A stretch of DNA of 62,532 nucleotides, filler included, from Sphacelaria rigidula (lineage: Eukaryota), in assembly GCA_964200075.2 (NCBI GenBank). It is 11 parts of 11 records of this genome, joined end to end, with 100 filler letters (N's around TTAATTAATTAA, not from the genome) between each part and the next. Parts side by side here need not be neighbours in the genome. Positions count along the whole stretch, not along the records: positions 45,553 to 51,146 come from CAXNAA020026017.1; positions 51,247 to 56,839 come from CAXNAA020026018.1; positions 56,940 to 62,532 come from CAXNAA020026019.1; 8 more parts are not named here. One strand, given 5' to 3'. A program made the translations under genes and the position numbers. Numbering within the stretch: position 1 is the stretch's first letter; each line of letters opens with the position of its first letter. Positions 48,886 to 61,817 of the stretch are shown piece by piece. The notes beneath the pieces are model-generated. The model worked only from the letters and a program-made list of their open reading frames with translations. It searched no databases and was not told the origin of the DNA.

Positions 48886-51497
48886 AAAATCCCAGCAGAG
48901 CATTTGAAGAAATACGAATAGCATACTGAGCCTCCGACCGCGTAGGGGTGTCAATCTGTTGAATTGACATGATTTCCGCTCGAAAAATAGAGGATTAGAA
49001 TTAGGTGTCCATCCGACGATGCCTAAAAGAGTCATCCAACCCTTCGCCACTCCGGAGTTCAACACCTCTGCATACTGGAGAAGAAACAAGTGGGCCGAGA
49101 GAGGGAAAGCGTCCGCCCAGCCGATGAAGCCGTTGTAAACCGAGTGAATGTACACCCGTGGTCACCAGCGCAGTGGTAGCTAGCCGAGTAGGTTTTGGGG
49201 GCGCTGTATATGATTTTTGTACTGAGAAAGTAGTGCTCGCCACAGGCCTCTTCTGAGGTCTCCTTGACGGCTGGTGAAGCTATAACACAGAAACACACAC
49301 AAGCCCACTTGGATTCATCTTAACTTGAACAAAATCAACACGCACGTTTATCAACGAGCATGAGGGCTCGCAAGCACGCAACAAGCAGCTGTCACAGCAA
49401 TTCCGTCGCCTAGCGCACACTCTAACTCGAGCAGCCGGTGGAGTCTACGTACGCAGTATGTGGCGTGACGGCCACCCTCTTCTAAAACGGTTGCCAGTAG
49501 CAGTCCTTGGCGCTCGGAATACTTTCGCTTTTGACGCTCTCTGGCCGTATTTTGTTATTTGAAAGAAGTCAAACAAATGACGGGTCCCTTGCTGACCATG
49601 GACCCAACATGCCCGTTGATGAAAAGCTTATCAAGCCTTCCCACCCTAGCCATTAGGCCTCTTTGGCCAGGATATGACAACACCGATAGGCACTGTGGGT
49701 ACAGACGACACGGGGCTTGCCGTGGACCACGTGATGACACCAACGCACGTCGTGGCGGCTGCACAGGCATGTAACATGCTGGCAACCAAGTCAGGCTATA
49801 TTAGGTGGTGGCGAAGGCTTTTTCTTTGTAGTGACCTCCAAAACGATCTGTGGACTTTGTGTCCAAGCTCCGAGGGGAGGGGGTTTTTTGTTCGCATGAA
49901 AAAAATGTCCTGTCGCCGAGTTACAGGACATTCAGTTGTACTACTTCTACTTCTACTCTTACCTCCACCAGTATCACTGTTTATGTACTCTACTGTGCAA
50001 CCACAGTACAGGACTGCTTTCACTGTTTCGTGAGCCGCGCGAGTTACACAGTGAGGGTCAGACCGAGAATATTGCATGCTGGCGGTTCACCATGACGTGG
50101 CTATATACGGCAGCAGCCAACGACCCCACGATTGAGTAGGCTTCTTGATTATAAGCAGGTCGTGGTCGCTGAACGATCAATCGGTACCAATCCATCGCAT
50201 TAATCCTGTAGTACAAGATCCCGATATGTATCCAGCCAGTTCCAAGGCCAACGAATGTGTTCGCCCTCTTGGCCCTACTTTCAATGATTGTCAGGTCTAT
50301 CGTGACGCGCACGCTGCCCAAGGCTGGTGGCGGGAAGGGAGAGGACCCGTTCGACCACCCTCATGTACGTGAAACTGGCAAAACGTTGGTGTGCTGAGGG
50401 GTCTCCTTTTTTTCCATAATATATCAGTGTAGAACAACAAGATGTAGGCTACTAGACATCCGGCCTCCCAGTAACGTGATAATGGGCTTGAGCTCGATGT
50501 CTTGATATTTATCATGCTGCCAACTATCGTATTTTGCTTATTTTTTCTTGGCGTGGCAGGAAGTTGTAACTAGCCGCCGCCGTACTTTCCCTGCTTTCGT
50601 TTTTCGCTGGCGAGTAGAGCTGATGGCATGTGTCTGCCTCGCATCAAAATGGTCGGAGTCTTATCGAGCGCCCCGTGGTGGTATTGCATGAAACGAGGCA
50701 CATCCTATTTATTTCTCTGACCCGCAACACTTTCGGCCGGCAGACCCCTCCCATCCCCTTCACGGATACGCGGTGTGTGTGATGGTAGTATGGTGGTGAA
50801 AACTGGGGTCCAGATCACAGTCTAGTGGGCGAGGAGTTTGATGAAGCCCATGAAAAAATTGTGCGAGGAGCTCATGATTGTTGTCTCAAACCCCCTCGCT
50901 ACAAGAAGTGTACGAAGTAGGCATCGTTCGTCCTGTCTCTGTCATCGTTCTCTGTGTGTGGGCATTTTACTGCCCTCACTTGTTTTTGGTAGGCTTGTGC
51001 CTGCGAGGAAGATATCCTTGCTCTTGCTTGACCGCAGTCCCAGTAGAAGCCTCTCCATAAACGCATTATGATTCTGGTATCTTAACCCTTTGGGAACCCT
51101 CCCCTCCCGTCCCCGGGCCAGACGCCTCATTATGAGAAGCCCTGACNNNNNNNNNNNNNNNNNNNNNNNNNNNNNNNNNNNNNNNNNNNNTTAATTAATT
51201 AANNNNNNNNNNNNNNNNNNNNNNNNNNNNNNNNNNNNNNNNNNNNCTGACTGGCACAAAAGGCGGGGGTGGGAGTGAAACGGTCGGGTGGTTCCTCGGG
51301 GGGGTGGGGGGGGGGGGGGGGGGGGAGGGGGGGGCTATCGTACAAAAAGTTTCAACTCTTACCACTCGTACCGAGAGGGATCGTAGGCGTTTAGGACCAG
51401 CAGCAGCGGCTTTGCACATCAGATTGGCGTCGTAGCTCATCCAAAGCGCGCCCAGGCAAGGCTCCATCATGTTTCCTTCGCCCGCAAGACTACCTAC

Positions 51498-51557
51498 CTT
51501 CAAATGCTTGAACGTTATGGGAGTGTCTTGTAAAAATTCGTCCTCATATTCACAAAC
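51498..51557 (-). CDS. Candidate further exon of the GTPase gene
   Basis: TTTAG...GTAGGT, 60 nt, phase 0, VCEYEDEFLQDTPITFKHLK. Confidence 0.4.
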
Positions 51558-51635
51558 CTAAACTTACAGTTGTCGTGAATCATACATGTAGCAGAACTAA
51601 TGTTGCCATTACCGCCGCGAATTTACTCTGACCAC

Positions 51636-51764
51636 CTGTGGCGGGGGATGGCGAGCAAAGCACGACGTGATTACTTCACGTAAAATCGGAACTAGCCCTT
51701 CACCGCTGAAACTGCTGCAGCACATGAGCATGCAGTCATTCTCCTTGCACCACTCGGAAACCCC
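51636..51764 (-). CDS. Rab-like GTPase, G5 exon
   Basis: TTTCAG acceptor, phase 0; GVSEWCKENDCMLMCCSSFSGEGLVPIL corresponds to WC..N....ETSAK.GEG. It may instead read on to the stop at 51609. Confidence 0.75.
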
Positions 51765-52015
51765 CTGAAAATTACAGCAACAGAGAGACGGGCGTGCCGG
51801 TGCCAACGCAATATACTCTCATATATCAGCGGGTAAGCATTACAACAATACATTCCGCAACACTATGCCGTCCATCGCTTGAGCACGGACAGGCAGCAAG
51901 AGTTGCAGGAACGTTTCTTCATGATGATGACTTTCCGAGCAACTCTTACATGGACACGAGAGTCGTTTGCCATTGTGTCTGCCGACACGTGAAAACATAT
52001 CTCATCTGTACGCAC

Positions 52016-52131
52016 CTTGAAAAACGAGCACTTGGCACCAGGGGTTATGTCCGACTTCGCACCCACGAGAATACATGTCGGCGATCGCCATTTTCTTCCC
52101 GTACTCAATCGTTTGTCGCCGTCTACATTCC
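52016..52131 (-). CDS. Rab-like GTPase, G4 exon
   Basis: CAG...GTGCGT with consistent phases; CILVGAKSD corresponds to LVGNKxD. Confidence 0.8.
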
Positions 52132-52410
52132 CTGCAGCCAAAATGTGCGTATGGGTGCAAGTATCTTCAGGCTTCCGCGCATGGTCGACGGGCTCAGTAG
52201 CTGTATTTCACCTTATCAACTTCACTGTGAGCTTGAGACAGCACTCTAAGGGAAAAGGGCGGGTTGCTCTCCAGTGGACCTTATACCACCTTTCAACTGT
52301 GGACTATCTTCGCCACATATGCGCGCGTAGGCTGAACTGATGTGACGAGCCCCTGATCACCGTGACCTGTTGGGCAAATTCCTCATACACGAAATGTACG
52401 CGAGCCTCAC

Positions 52411-52612
52411 CTGAAGTCAAAATTTGATGCCAGCGCTTGGCTGTACCGAATGAGCTACGGTCTTCAAGGTCAAACACAAGCAAGGCGCAACTGGCGTCGG
52501 CAGCAAAAGTGTCGGTCAAGTCCGCTCTCGCGGAAGCAGGAACATCCCACATCTTGGCGAAAGTAAAGCGGCACGTTTGGAAGCATTCGGGTGTCAATGG
52601 CGGCGTTTCCCG
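52411..52612 (-). CDS. Rab-like GTPase, G3 exon
   Basis: TAG...GTGAGG; AKMWDVPASARADLTDTFAADASCALLVFDLEDRSSFGTAKRWHQIL. Confidence 0.85.
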
Positions 52613-53998
52613 CTAGTTGAACCGCATCAATCATGGAGCGATCATTCACGCGTCTGTGTAGAGATTAGAAGCACGACCTGCTTCTGTGAGAACCAGAGAA
52701 AAAGGAAAACACAAGATCGTGCGCCACAATAAATCGGGATGATGAACCCACCCGTCCTTCGAAGGGCATTCCTACACTGCCACTCCCGAACGGCACACCG
52801 CACACCGGTGCTACTACCTGGACACAGCGACGGATTGTGTGACATTCCACGTACCTCCAGTACGGCAGGTGGGTACCCGTCACGATTGTAGGCCCGGGCA
52901 ACGACCGAGACTTCGAGTTCAGGTGACGGCGAGACAGCGAAAGCGGAGGCATGCATTAATACTGAAGATGGCAATCAGTCGATGCATTTACGTCGGTGGA
53001 CAGACCATTCATGTGCTACCGCACCTACCAACGAGGAGGACACGTTCATGCCCTCGCTGTTGTGTAGAGCGCCCCTACACAGTTTATTTTGTGGTACAAC
53101 CCTATCCCATCCACTATGGCAACATGCTACGATTTATGTGAAACGGGGTAGGAAAAAGATCGCGACGTACCAGCCACTTTCGCGTTTGATGCAGCCATTT
53201 CCGATACTGCATGAGAAAGGGCAGGAATGTCCAACATACAAGTTACTTTGCATGCAGGAGCCAGTGTACGGACTGGTATTGTATAAGCGATTGACCAATC
53301 AAAGACCAATCCTCCATGTGCAAGCGCTGATACTCTCGGTGCCCATGGCGACCGTAAACAGAAGGGCGGGCGGACATGACCTAAATGCCACTGCTGCGCC
53401 TATAGGCATACTGAGTGACACATGATCTACCCGGCGCTGCATTTGCCGATCGTTTCATTCGCCCTCGACTAGGTCATCGCGGCAAAAGTGGTCTTGATAT
53501 ATTGCGTAGCAGCACGCGCTGAGTGAAGTATAACAAACTATTGTCAAACTTCGACAGAGCCGAACAGTGCAGACAGTATAGCACTACACTACAGAATAGC
53601 ACAGAACAGCACAATACAACACAACACGTACGATACAAAACAGTGCAGCAGTAGCAGCGAAGATCACCAAGCGTTCAAGCGGCCGCGCACTGAGGACACA
53701 CCTTAGACAAGTATGTCGGAAATATGATACCCATTCAAACACTGATTCCAGCATTCGAAGCAAATCGTACGTCAGCATTAACATGCCCATTTTTACAAAC
53801 GTCGGAATGCACCAGCTGCTATCATACCAAAAACAAGGGCGGCCGGCCTGTCGCGATCTTTCGAAGAACGAGCTGCGAATGCTACAGACGTGAACTCGTG
53901 TATTCACTCAACAAGCCTACGGCCGCGACGAGGGAGATAAATGACTGCTCTATATTTCTAGATTTGATGTTGTAAACAGTATGTCAGAACACACCGAC

Positions 53999-54021
53999 CA
54001 TCACCACCATGAAATCGACGA
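53999..54021 (-). CDS. Inferred 23-nt micro-exon (switch I, VVDFMVVM)
   Basis: CAG/GTCGGT boundaries; it reconciles the phase-1 donor with the next phase-0 acceptor and supplies the Rab-type VDF motif. Confidence 0.55.
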
Positions 54022-54465
54022 CTGATTCTTGAATGTGCATACAGTAGGGGGCCGGGCAATCGAATATCTTCTGATGTTGACCGTAACCGCGTCTGTTGTG
54101 TCGGCGTCCTAGGGGTGTTGCCGAGGTGCAGGGGTACAGCACACAGGCAGGGGTACAGCACACCATGGGCTCGATCGAAACACACATGTAACGGGTTGAC
54201 GTTGCTCAACGCAAGAGAACGCAACATACAGGACCACATCCGTACACAAAAGGCTAGAAATCCGCCTAAATCTGAAGAAGTGCGCTATCGCTACACTGGC
54301 ACTAATGTGTGTACTTGGAAAGCTAATACTATACATGATCTCTAGTCCACGTCCTAATGTAACCCGCAGGAACGTCGCGAGAAGCGATGTGGACCCGTTC
54401 TTTATTTCATAGTATCCGTCGCCATTCCTTGCCGAATATATAGTGCTGGTTTTCACATTCTGTAC

Positions 54466-54609
54466 CTTCGTAGCCTGGATGATATTCGGGCATGAAGCCG
54501 CCGATCGTCAGGCCACGGATAATAGCCGTTTTGCCGACACCGTGCGCACCAACGATCAACACCTTGAAGAGCGCGGACGGGTGTCGACCAGCGACGCTCC
54601 AAGCCTCTC
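54466..54609 (-). CDS. Divergent Rab-like small GTPase, G1 (P-loop) exon
   Basis: LFKVLIVGAHGVGKTAIIRGLTIGGFMPEYHP, with a phase-1 GT donor. The 5' boundary is uncertain. Confidence 0.8.
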
Positions 54610-56631
54610 CTGTACGTCCATTTTTACACCGAGGACAAGATGTTGTACTCCGGTCATGCACGTGGTGCGCGGTGACAATCGGGTTAAACTGGCAACACCA
54701 AGTACCGGCGCATCGCCCTCCGAGGGGTTGACGCCGACTGACATATTAAGAGCTCGGCAATTTTCATCTCCTCCTTGCATATATTATATATATTATACAA
54801 GTATTCTGCACACAAGACTGTATGTATTCCCCGCTTGGACGCATGTTAACCAGCAGCTGGATATGTCGACGAGCCGAGGTGATTGGTACACAGGTGACAC
54901 CAAACAGAGTGGGAACCGTACGGGTTCGGAACACTGTACAGTAGCGTTTCACTCACTTGTCTGCCACGGGCGCCGCACATCGCCTGCCGTGAGTCTCTCC
55001 TTTAAAAACGCAACGTGCTCAGCCAGCATGCAAGGGAAGCACGCCATAGCCTTTAGAAATGCACATAACCCAATCTGCCAAGGAAACCAATCACCGTGAC
55101 GCAGCGATCGTCGCTGTTTTTTCTTTTTCGTTTCTCGCTTTAATTACACACGTTCAACCCCTCCCCTTCCTCCGGGCGAGCCCGCGGTCTCCAGGAATTA
55201 TTCTTCATCTCCCCCTGTACTTTACACGCCTTGCGGTTCGGTAACGTGGATTGAATCATGACCATCAGCAAGCTCACACCGCGCCGACTACTCTCGTCTA
55301 GTAATGTACTGTAAAGTATTTGTGCTGATAATCATGTTTTCAGTTTCCAACGACAGCAGCCAAGCACTCCTCAGAAAAAAGCACAAAATCTTCTCCCGGA
55401 GATTAAACCCGCATTTTTTCAGCCCAACAGTTTCGGTGCTACCTCTAGGCCATCGGGGCGCACTAGTTTTACGTACTGAGAATATTGCGAATGTCCCGTG
55501 CTAGTGAAAATTGATGTATGCTCGGGGCGTCGACCCATGTTGAGGATACTGTGATAGTGTGGTGGATACAGTTATTGTCCACCGTCTGTTGATGTGGCGG
55601 ACGTGCTCGAACAGTCCAATTAACGAAATCGACCCCGGTTTGTTGTTACCATCTTCAAGCATTGCCAAATCTCTAAGGGTTTTGCCCGTGTTTTTTTTAC
55701 AACTTCAACACGATACCTGTATCTTTTGTTTTTTGCCCAATAGTGAAAGACTGCAACGTTCGGTTGGGCTGCGGTTCCTGAGGGCCTTGTCGTCTAGGTT
55801 AATTTCGTCAAGAGTTAGAAATGATCTGCGATCTGCGATGCGGGAAAAATCTCATCTTCCCTGGCGCTTTTTGGCACGTGAATCACCAGCCCAAAACGCG
55901 ACTACACAAGTTCCCAGTTGGCCAATTGGACGTGTGCCTGCAACATCGTCAGAACGCTGCTGAGGCCTTGGCCAGATCACCACCAGTTTGGTCGTGTTGG
56001 TTTGCGTGTAGCGCTCGAGCGGTCAAGATAGCCACCAGATCCAGACAGAGCGGTGGATAGAAGGGCAGAACAAGATTCCAGTCACCCCCCACAGCGCATG
56101 CATGCGTGATTTCGTCATGATCCAGTAGGAAAAGTGAAAAAGCTCGCTTCGCTCGGACTTCGCTCCTACTACAACTTGGTCGCGTACATACGTTGCCATG
56201 AATTCCGCGCGGTTATTGGTCTGTGACGTTGCGCTTCGACAGCAAGAGCGAAGTGCGTCGAAAATGTTGCATAAACCTTGCCCCCGAGCTGAGACAGCCA
56301 ACGATCTTCTTCACTGTTTCCCGCGGTGTGTACCGTGTCATATAGTATTATTGGTGCAAGATACCGTGAAATATCCGTGTCATCCGCCAGAAACACAATC
56401 AAATACTGTTTGTGACTCCGCGGTGAGAAGCCGCTCTGATGCGGGGGTAATGGTCTACACAACTCAAGTGTGCGTGAACGGAAGTCAGTAGCCTGGTTCA
56501 CGGCAAAGAACGATAGTGCATAACGCTTTGTATAATTCCCGGTGAAACCCTGCGCACTCTCTCAGTTTCCCTCAGTCAATATCACTCTGTCACACAATAA
56601 CCCACGTTCTATATCTCTCACTCTACATGCC

Positions 56632-56839
56632 GGTCGCCGCGGTGGCTCAGTTGGTAACCTCGGAACCTTCTGACAGTTGTGTCATGGGTTCAAATCTCAG
56701 AGTGATCTGGGATCTTTTCTCACACCATGCCCAACAGTGGAGAGCGACTTTGTCGTGGGTACACAAAATTCGACTCAACGGTTGACGAGGGAAGGGGATT
56801 GGTGAACCCCTCTCGCGATCAAAAATAAAGGCAAGCATC
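56632..56839 (+). mobile_element. tRNA-derived SINE (not a functional tRNA)
   Basis: A box TGGCTCAGTTGG (56643-56654) and B box GGTTCAAATC (56687-56696), no paired acceptor stem, followed by a SINE-like body. Confidence 0.7.
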
Positions 56840-57968
56840 NNNNNNNNNNNNNNNNNNNNNNNNNNNNNNNNNNNNNNNNNNNNTTAATTAATTAANNNNN
56901 NNNNNNNNNNNNNNNNNNNNNNNNNNNNNNNNNNNNNNNTCGCCCAGAATGAGGTTTTCGGGAAATTGGGGGGGTGAACACCGTTTTCCAGTCTGTAGGG
57001 CCCCTTGCTGCGACGAATGTTCGGCCGACTTGGTTGGAAAATGACCTACGAATGATACTTTCTCCTTGAGCAAGCGGTCCGCGGATGTGTTTTGTCGGAT
57101 CGCATTGTTGCAATCGTGCGCTGTTACGGAGGTGTGGAAGCGCCCTGCGCATAGGAGATAGCGTCAAATCATCCCCAGCTCTATAGGATATCTTTTTCGT
57201 GATTCCTTTACAGTATCGAGAAAGAAATTCTACGATATAATGCTGTTAGTCGCCACGGCTTTGTTCCTTGAGCTCACTCGTAGGCCATGCTTCGGAGCAT
57301 CATCAACAGCCTCGGCGATGATACCACCGTTACTGGCACGGCAGCCAACTTTTGTTGCTTCCCCTGGTCTGAGCAAGGCACGAGCTGTATTACGTGACCT
57401 CGACGGCCGATGCTCCGGACGTTCTCTGGAGGTGTGCAGGGGGGTCTCTGCGCAGCGACGTTACAGGTGACGTGTTGTCTACAATAATAATTTGTCGTAC
57501 TTGGCATCTCTCATGTTTCGTCTCATGTTCAATCAGCAAATCACCTGCACAACAGCAGATAGGAATTATAGTCAGTAGTCACGGTACAGTACAACAGTCG
57601 TTGCAGACCAAATACTCACACGACCTGCTTCACTTTCAAGTGAATCATCGCCAAATATAGCCCTTTAAAGGTGGTGAATCATTGAAAACTACCCATCCAT
57701 GTATAGGAACACATGATGACTGACACTGTTGAACGAGAATTGACGCAATGCGCTACTGCTGACCCAATCCGCGAGACCAAAATGCAAGGCCTGTACCGGG
57801 GGGACATGGGTCGATCCCTTGAGACGCGCACTAATACCGAGGAAGGGTAGGGGTTCAAAGTGCTACAAGAACAAAAGCCGAAGTTTAATCCTCAAAATTG
57901 AGATAAGAATAAGCGATTTGGAACCCGGGCCGGTTGATATTCGAACAGTGTTTGACAGTTTTCGTGCA

Positions 57969-58923
57969 CAGTAGGGGGCCCGATATAAGGCGGTGGTGTG
58001 CGTGAGGAAGGTTACCGCCTTATATCGGGCTGCTGCCTTATCCCTGAATAAGGCGGCAGCCGCCTTATTCAGGGTCTAAGATTGCCTCATTAAGGCGGTG
58101 ACCGCCTTATTCAAGGCCAGCAAGAGCCAGGAGAGGTTGCGAGTGTAGTGGATGTATCCCCACGGCAGGTCGTTGGGTACAGAGTAGACTATGGCGACGC
58201 ATCAGGCATTCAAGCGGGTAGAAGGAGCCTGAACACCAATTGTTTGAACCTGATAATGTCCGCGGCGGTATGTACTTAAAACCTGATGCCAACGACTCCG
58301 CTGCTAGTGTTTGTACGGTACATTACGTCCAAGACCGTGCAGGCCCTCTGCTGGTGTTAAAAGACTAACTTGTCCAAACCAACACCTACTCTTGGGTGCT
58401 GATGGGAGGAACAACGATAATGACACCTTCGTGAAGAAGAAAACGAAATAAGGACAGCCGACATGAATCCACGCCATGCCTGAAAAGTAAACTGTAGCAC
58501 CGAAGAAAAAAACATATGAGCTGCGTCCATGAATCTTGGTCCTTGGGTACTGGTTAAGCACTACTTCCCCAGGCGCTTGTAGATCGAAAACATTACATGC
58601 TCGTCGCAGTAACCCCTCCTCTATGCAAGAGGTCAGAGATACCACAGGTGCTTCATGGAGGGCGTATTATACTGATGCGGAGGTACTCACCGCCTTATAT
58701 CGGTTTTGAGACAGAGTTATCGCCTTATACGGGGCCCGGCCCGGAATAAGGCGGTGGCCACCTTATTCCGGGTCTACGGTCTTATTCACACCGCCCTATA
58801 TTGTATTTCCCTAGTCCAAAAAATGAAATTCAATCAACCATCCATCCAACCAACCAATTAATTAATTAATTATTTAGTTATCATTAACTTATGTCTTCAA
58901 CAGTTCTATCGGGCCCCCTACTA
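57969..58923. mobile_element. Non-autonomous DNA transposon with YAGTAGGGGGCCCGATA TIRs and CCGCCTTAT subterminal repeats
   Basis: 16-bp perfect TIR; about 10 CCGCCTTAT/ATAAGGCGG-type motifs clustered at both ends around about 570 bp of unrelated interior. Confidence 0.85.
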
Positions 58924-60685
58924 TATGTGATTTGAAGTTTGGTGTCGGAAATCGCTAGGGCATAATGAAAATGAACGGATTTTCATTAGTTGAGGACGTC
59001 TTAGCGCAGTGAAAACATTTTTTTGCAGTCGCTTTCGAAGCATGTCAGACTATAAACTCCCGCCCCTCCCCCCCCCCGATCGTGGAAAGGCAGGTAAGGA
59101 AACCTCATAATTCACCCATTCGAAAACAGTGTGAATCCTCACGTATCCGACCGTTGGCTCTCATCTGGAGATTGCACTAAGGGCAATCCCACCAGCCTCA
59201 AAACTAAATATCCCGACCAGCCGGTGTGCGCACCCACCTAGTGGTGTGGTCACGCCGCTCGCCAACGTTCTCCGGACAAGAGCCCCATGGACGTGTATCA
59301 GATTATATATACACGCACACCCACAACTTAATCCCACTTTAACACCCCAGTGTCGTCGTGTGCCGGCATAAAAAAGGGGGAGGGGCACAATGGTTCTACC
59401 ACGGCCTGCTCCGTTCCACTACGCGTATGGCGATGGGATCGCGCCTGCGACTAAAAATCAGATGAATTCCCTCACGATTGCGTGCTCACGATTCCCTCCG
59501 TGTCTGTTCAAACAGATCATTAAAAAAAATGAACAAATAATTGCAGGGAGCGCAGGCCCCATCACACATCGCACTCCTGCTGGTCCCTGCCGTCGAAAAC
59601 TCTCTTCTCCACCACTCCCTCGGTCGAAAGAAAGTATGTTCAGAAAACGAATCACTCTCAACACTGCCGCGAGAAAACTCAGCCCTTAGTGAAACCTCTG
59701 AGAGGAAAAATCCGATTTCCAACAAAAAACCCTCGACAGTAAATCCATGCGCCGCACCTAGACACAATCCTCGATACCGCACAGGGAGTGGCGGGAGGGC
59801 GAATGAAAACACTCAGACGAAACGAACTACAACGGCGACTCCTGGTGATGTCACTCGCTGATAATCGCGTCGCCCGCATTCCGTAACTCACACCTCGAGC
59901 CTACTCCACACCCCCTCTTCTGTCGTTCATCGTGGGTGCATTTGCCCTTGTACCTTGGCTGCTTCATACACACTGAGACCTCCCAACTGATTCACTCACA
60001 CCGATCACATCCCATCTGTTCCGAAATGGCTCCAATATACTGCAACAGCAATCAAAGTCTGGGAAAATTCTATCCGCTTCTGCACGAAAGCTCGATTCCT
60101 CTCAAACACAGAATCGAACCTGCTTTTGCATTTGCTTTCGACCTTCGTCACATTATGCGCTCCCGCCCCTCCCCCGCCCCAGCGTCGGGGGGGGGGGGGC
60201 AGGTAGGGAAAACCGCATGAATCCCCGATTCAAAAACAGGGTAACTCCTCATATATCCGACCGTTGGCTCCCATATGGAGATTGACCCGAGCGCAATTGC
60301 ACCAGCCTCCACACGAACCTAAGCCGACGTGCGGATACGGCCCACCTTCTGCGTTTCCAAAGTCAAACGATCCACCCGTACGGAGCATTACCGTTCTGTG
60401 CATATGTAATCAAATATTCCACCTCGGTTCCTATCCCCTTCATCTAAACATGACCAAACCACTCTTCCCTAGTTCAGCTCATTTATTACCGTATGTTATT
60501 GTACCCTTCGTCGCCACTTCTGACCAACCCATGTATATTACATATTCATTTGCGCACACACCACGTACTTCGGCATCATGAGTGCCCCCCCCCCCCGGAT
60601 ACTGTCACTACTCACCCCTCCACTCGGTACCCTGCCCAGGCTGCCGATCCTCGCTTCTACTCTTATCTGCAATGACTTCTGACAC

Positions 60686-61333
60686 TCAACTGCAACTGGC
60701 ATCGTTAGCCCGGACGTATGACTTGTATGCGTCCGATTTCCATCTACCCTCTTTCTGCAACACCTCTAGGGACACTTCAGCTGCGGACAAGTGAGTGGCG
60801 CCACCAATCCGCAGAGAGTTCAACTCGAACTCTCGAGGCGGGAGCCCAGCCAACGCCACCACCTGCCGTAGCGCAGCCACCGCATCATACCGATTCCATA
60901 CTAATAAGTCCCCGGTGTCCCGCACACCATACGTCATAAGCGGGGCATCAACGGGGTACGATTCAGAAACAGACATGAGCTCAGTCATGAGCGCGACCGC
61001 TCCACCCCCTTCTTGAAATGCCAGCGTAGGACCCAAGCGAACACGCGTCACGATCACGCCGACTCGTAACTGATCTCCTTTGGAAGCCCGGAAGTGCACT
61101 CACACCCGGTCTGCTGTACCCCCCTCACGCCGACGCAACTGCGTCCGTCCCTGATAAAATGCCACATCACCTCTACGCAAACAGTAAATGGGATGATAAG
61201 GATGAACGGAATCCACAAACATCTCGGAAGATCTCGCCGAGAAGAGAAAATAGGCACACAAGCCCAACCACAGCTTGCGGCCGCCTGGTCCCCACCCAGG
61301 CGACAGATGTTCCCCGTCCATAAGCACTGACAA
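60686..61333 (-). pseudogene. Tyrosine recombinase of a DIRS/Ngaro-type retrotransposon
   Basis: YFLFSARSSE (catalytic R), HFRASKGDQ (K), NSLRIGGAT (HxxR with H>N) and GRWKSDAYKSY (W, Y); frameshifted. Confidence 0.92.
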
Positions 61334-61817
61334 AGCTACCGGGCATCGAACCCGGTGCTGTGTTCCTACTACAGTACAGCGTGACTACGCTTCAATCCCA
61401 TCAGCGCATTTTTAACTAACGAATGTTGAATGTCCAAGTCGATGCCCCTCTCCGTTCGATGGAAATATGGAATTGCTGCCAAAGAACTTGCCACAGTGTT
61501 CGACCGTCACTCTTTTCTTTGCACACGCATAGTCTACGTACTTAATCAATGACCAAACATTGTGTGTCGCATCATCATTGTTACTCAAAAACACGACTCG
61601 GTTTAGAACACGACTCGGTTCATCTCCCGCCGAAACTGAACCCAGGACCCAAAATATCCCTCGTAAATCCTCGCAGACAACGGCGCTATGGCATTTCGGA
61701 CGGGCCCGCAGTCAAAATGCATGAACACAGATGCCTCCCCTCTGTCCCGATCTCCTACTTATGTCATAGAACATCGGGACGGCTGGACGAGAGGTAAGCG
61801 GAGATACAATCGATTGG

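Noticed and set aside
56632..56710. Functional tRNA gene (also about 29384, 15200, 45950, 55390)
   Set aside because: A and B boxes are present but no cloverleaf with paired acceptor and anticodon stems could be built, so these are treated as SINE heads.
5595..56939. Regularly spaced TTAATTAATTAA as a biological repeat or CRISPR-like array
   Set aside because: It is embedded in N runs at fixed spacing and is a synthetic linker.
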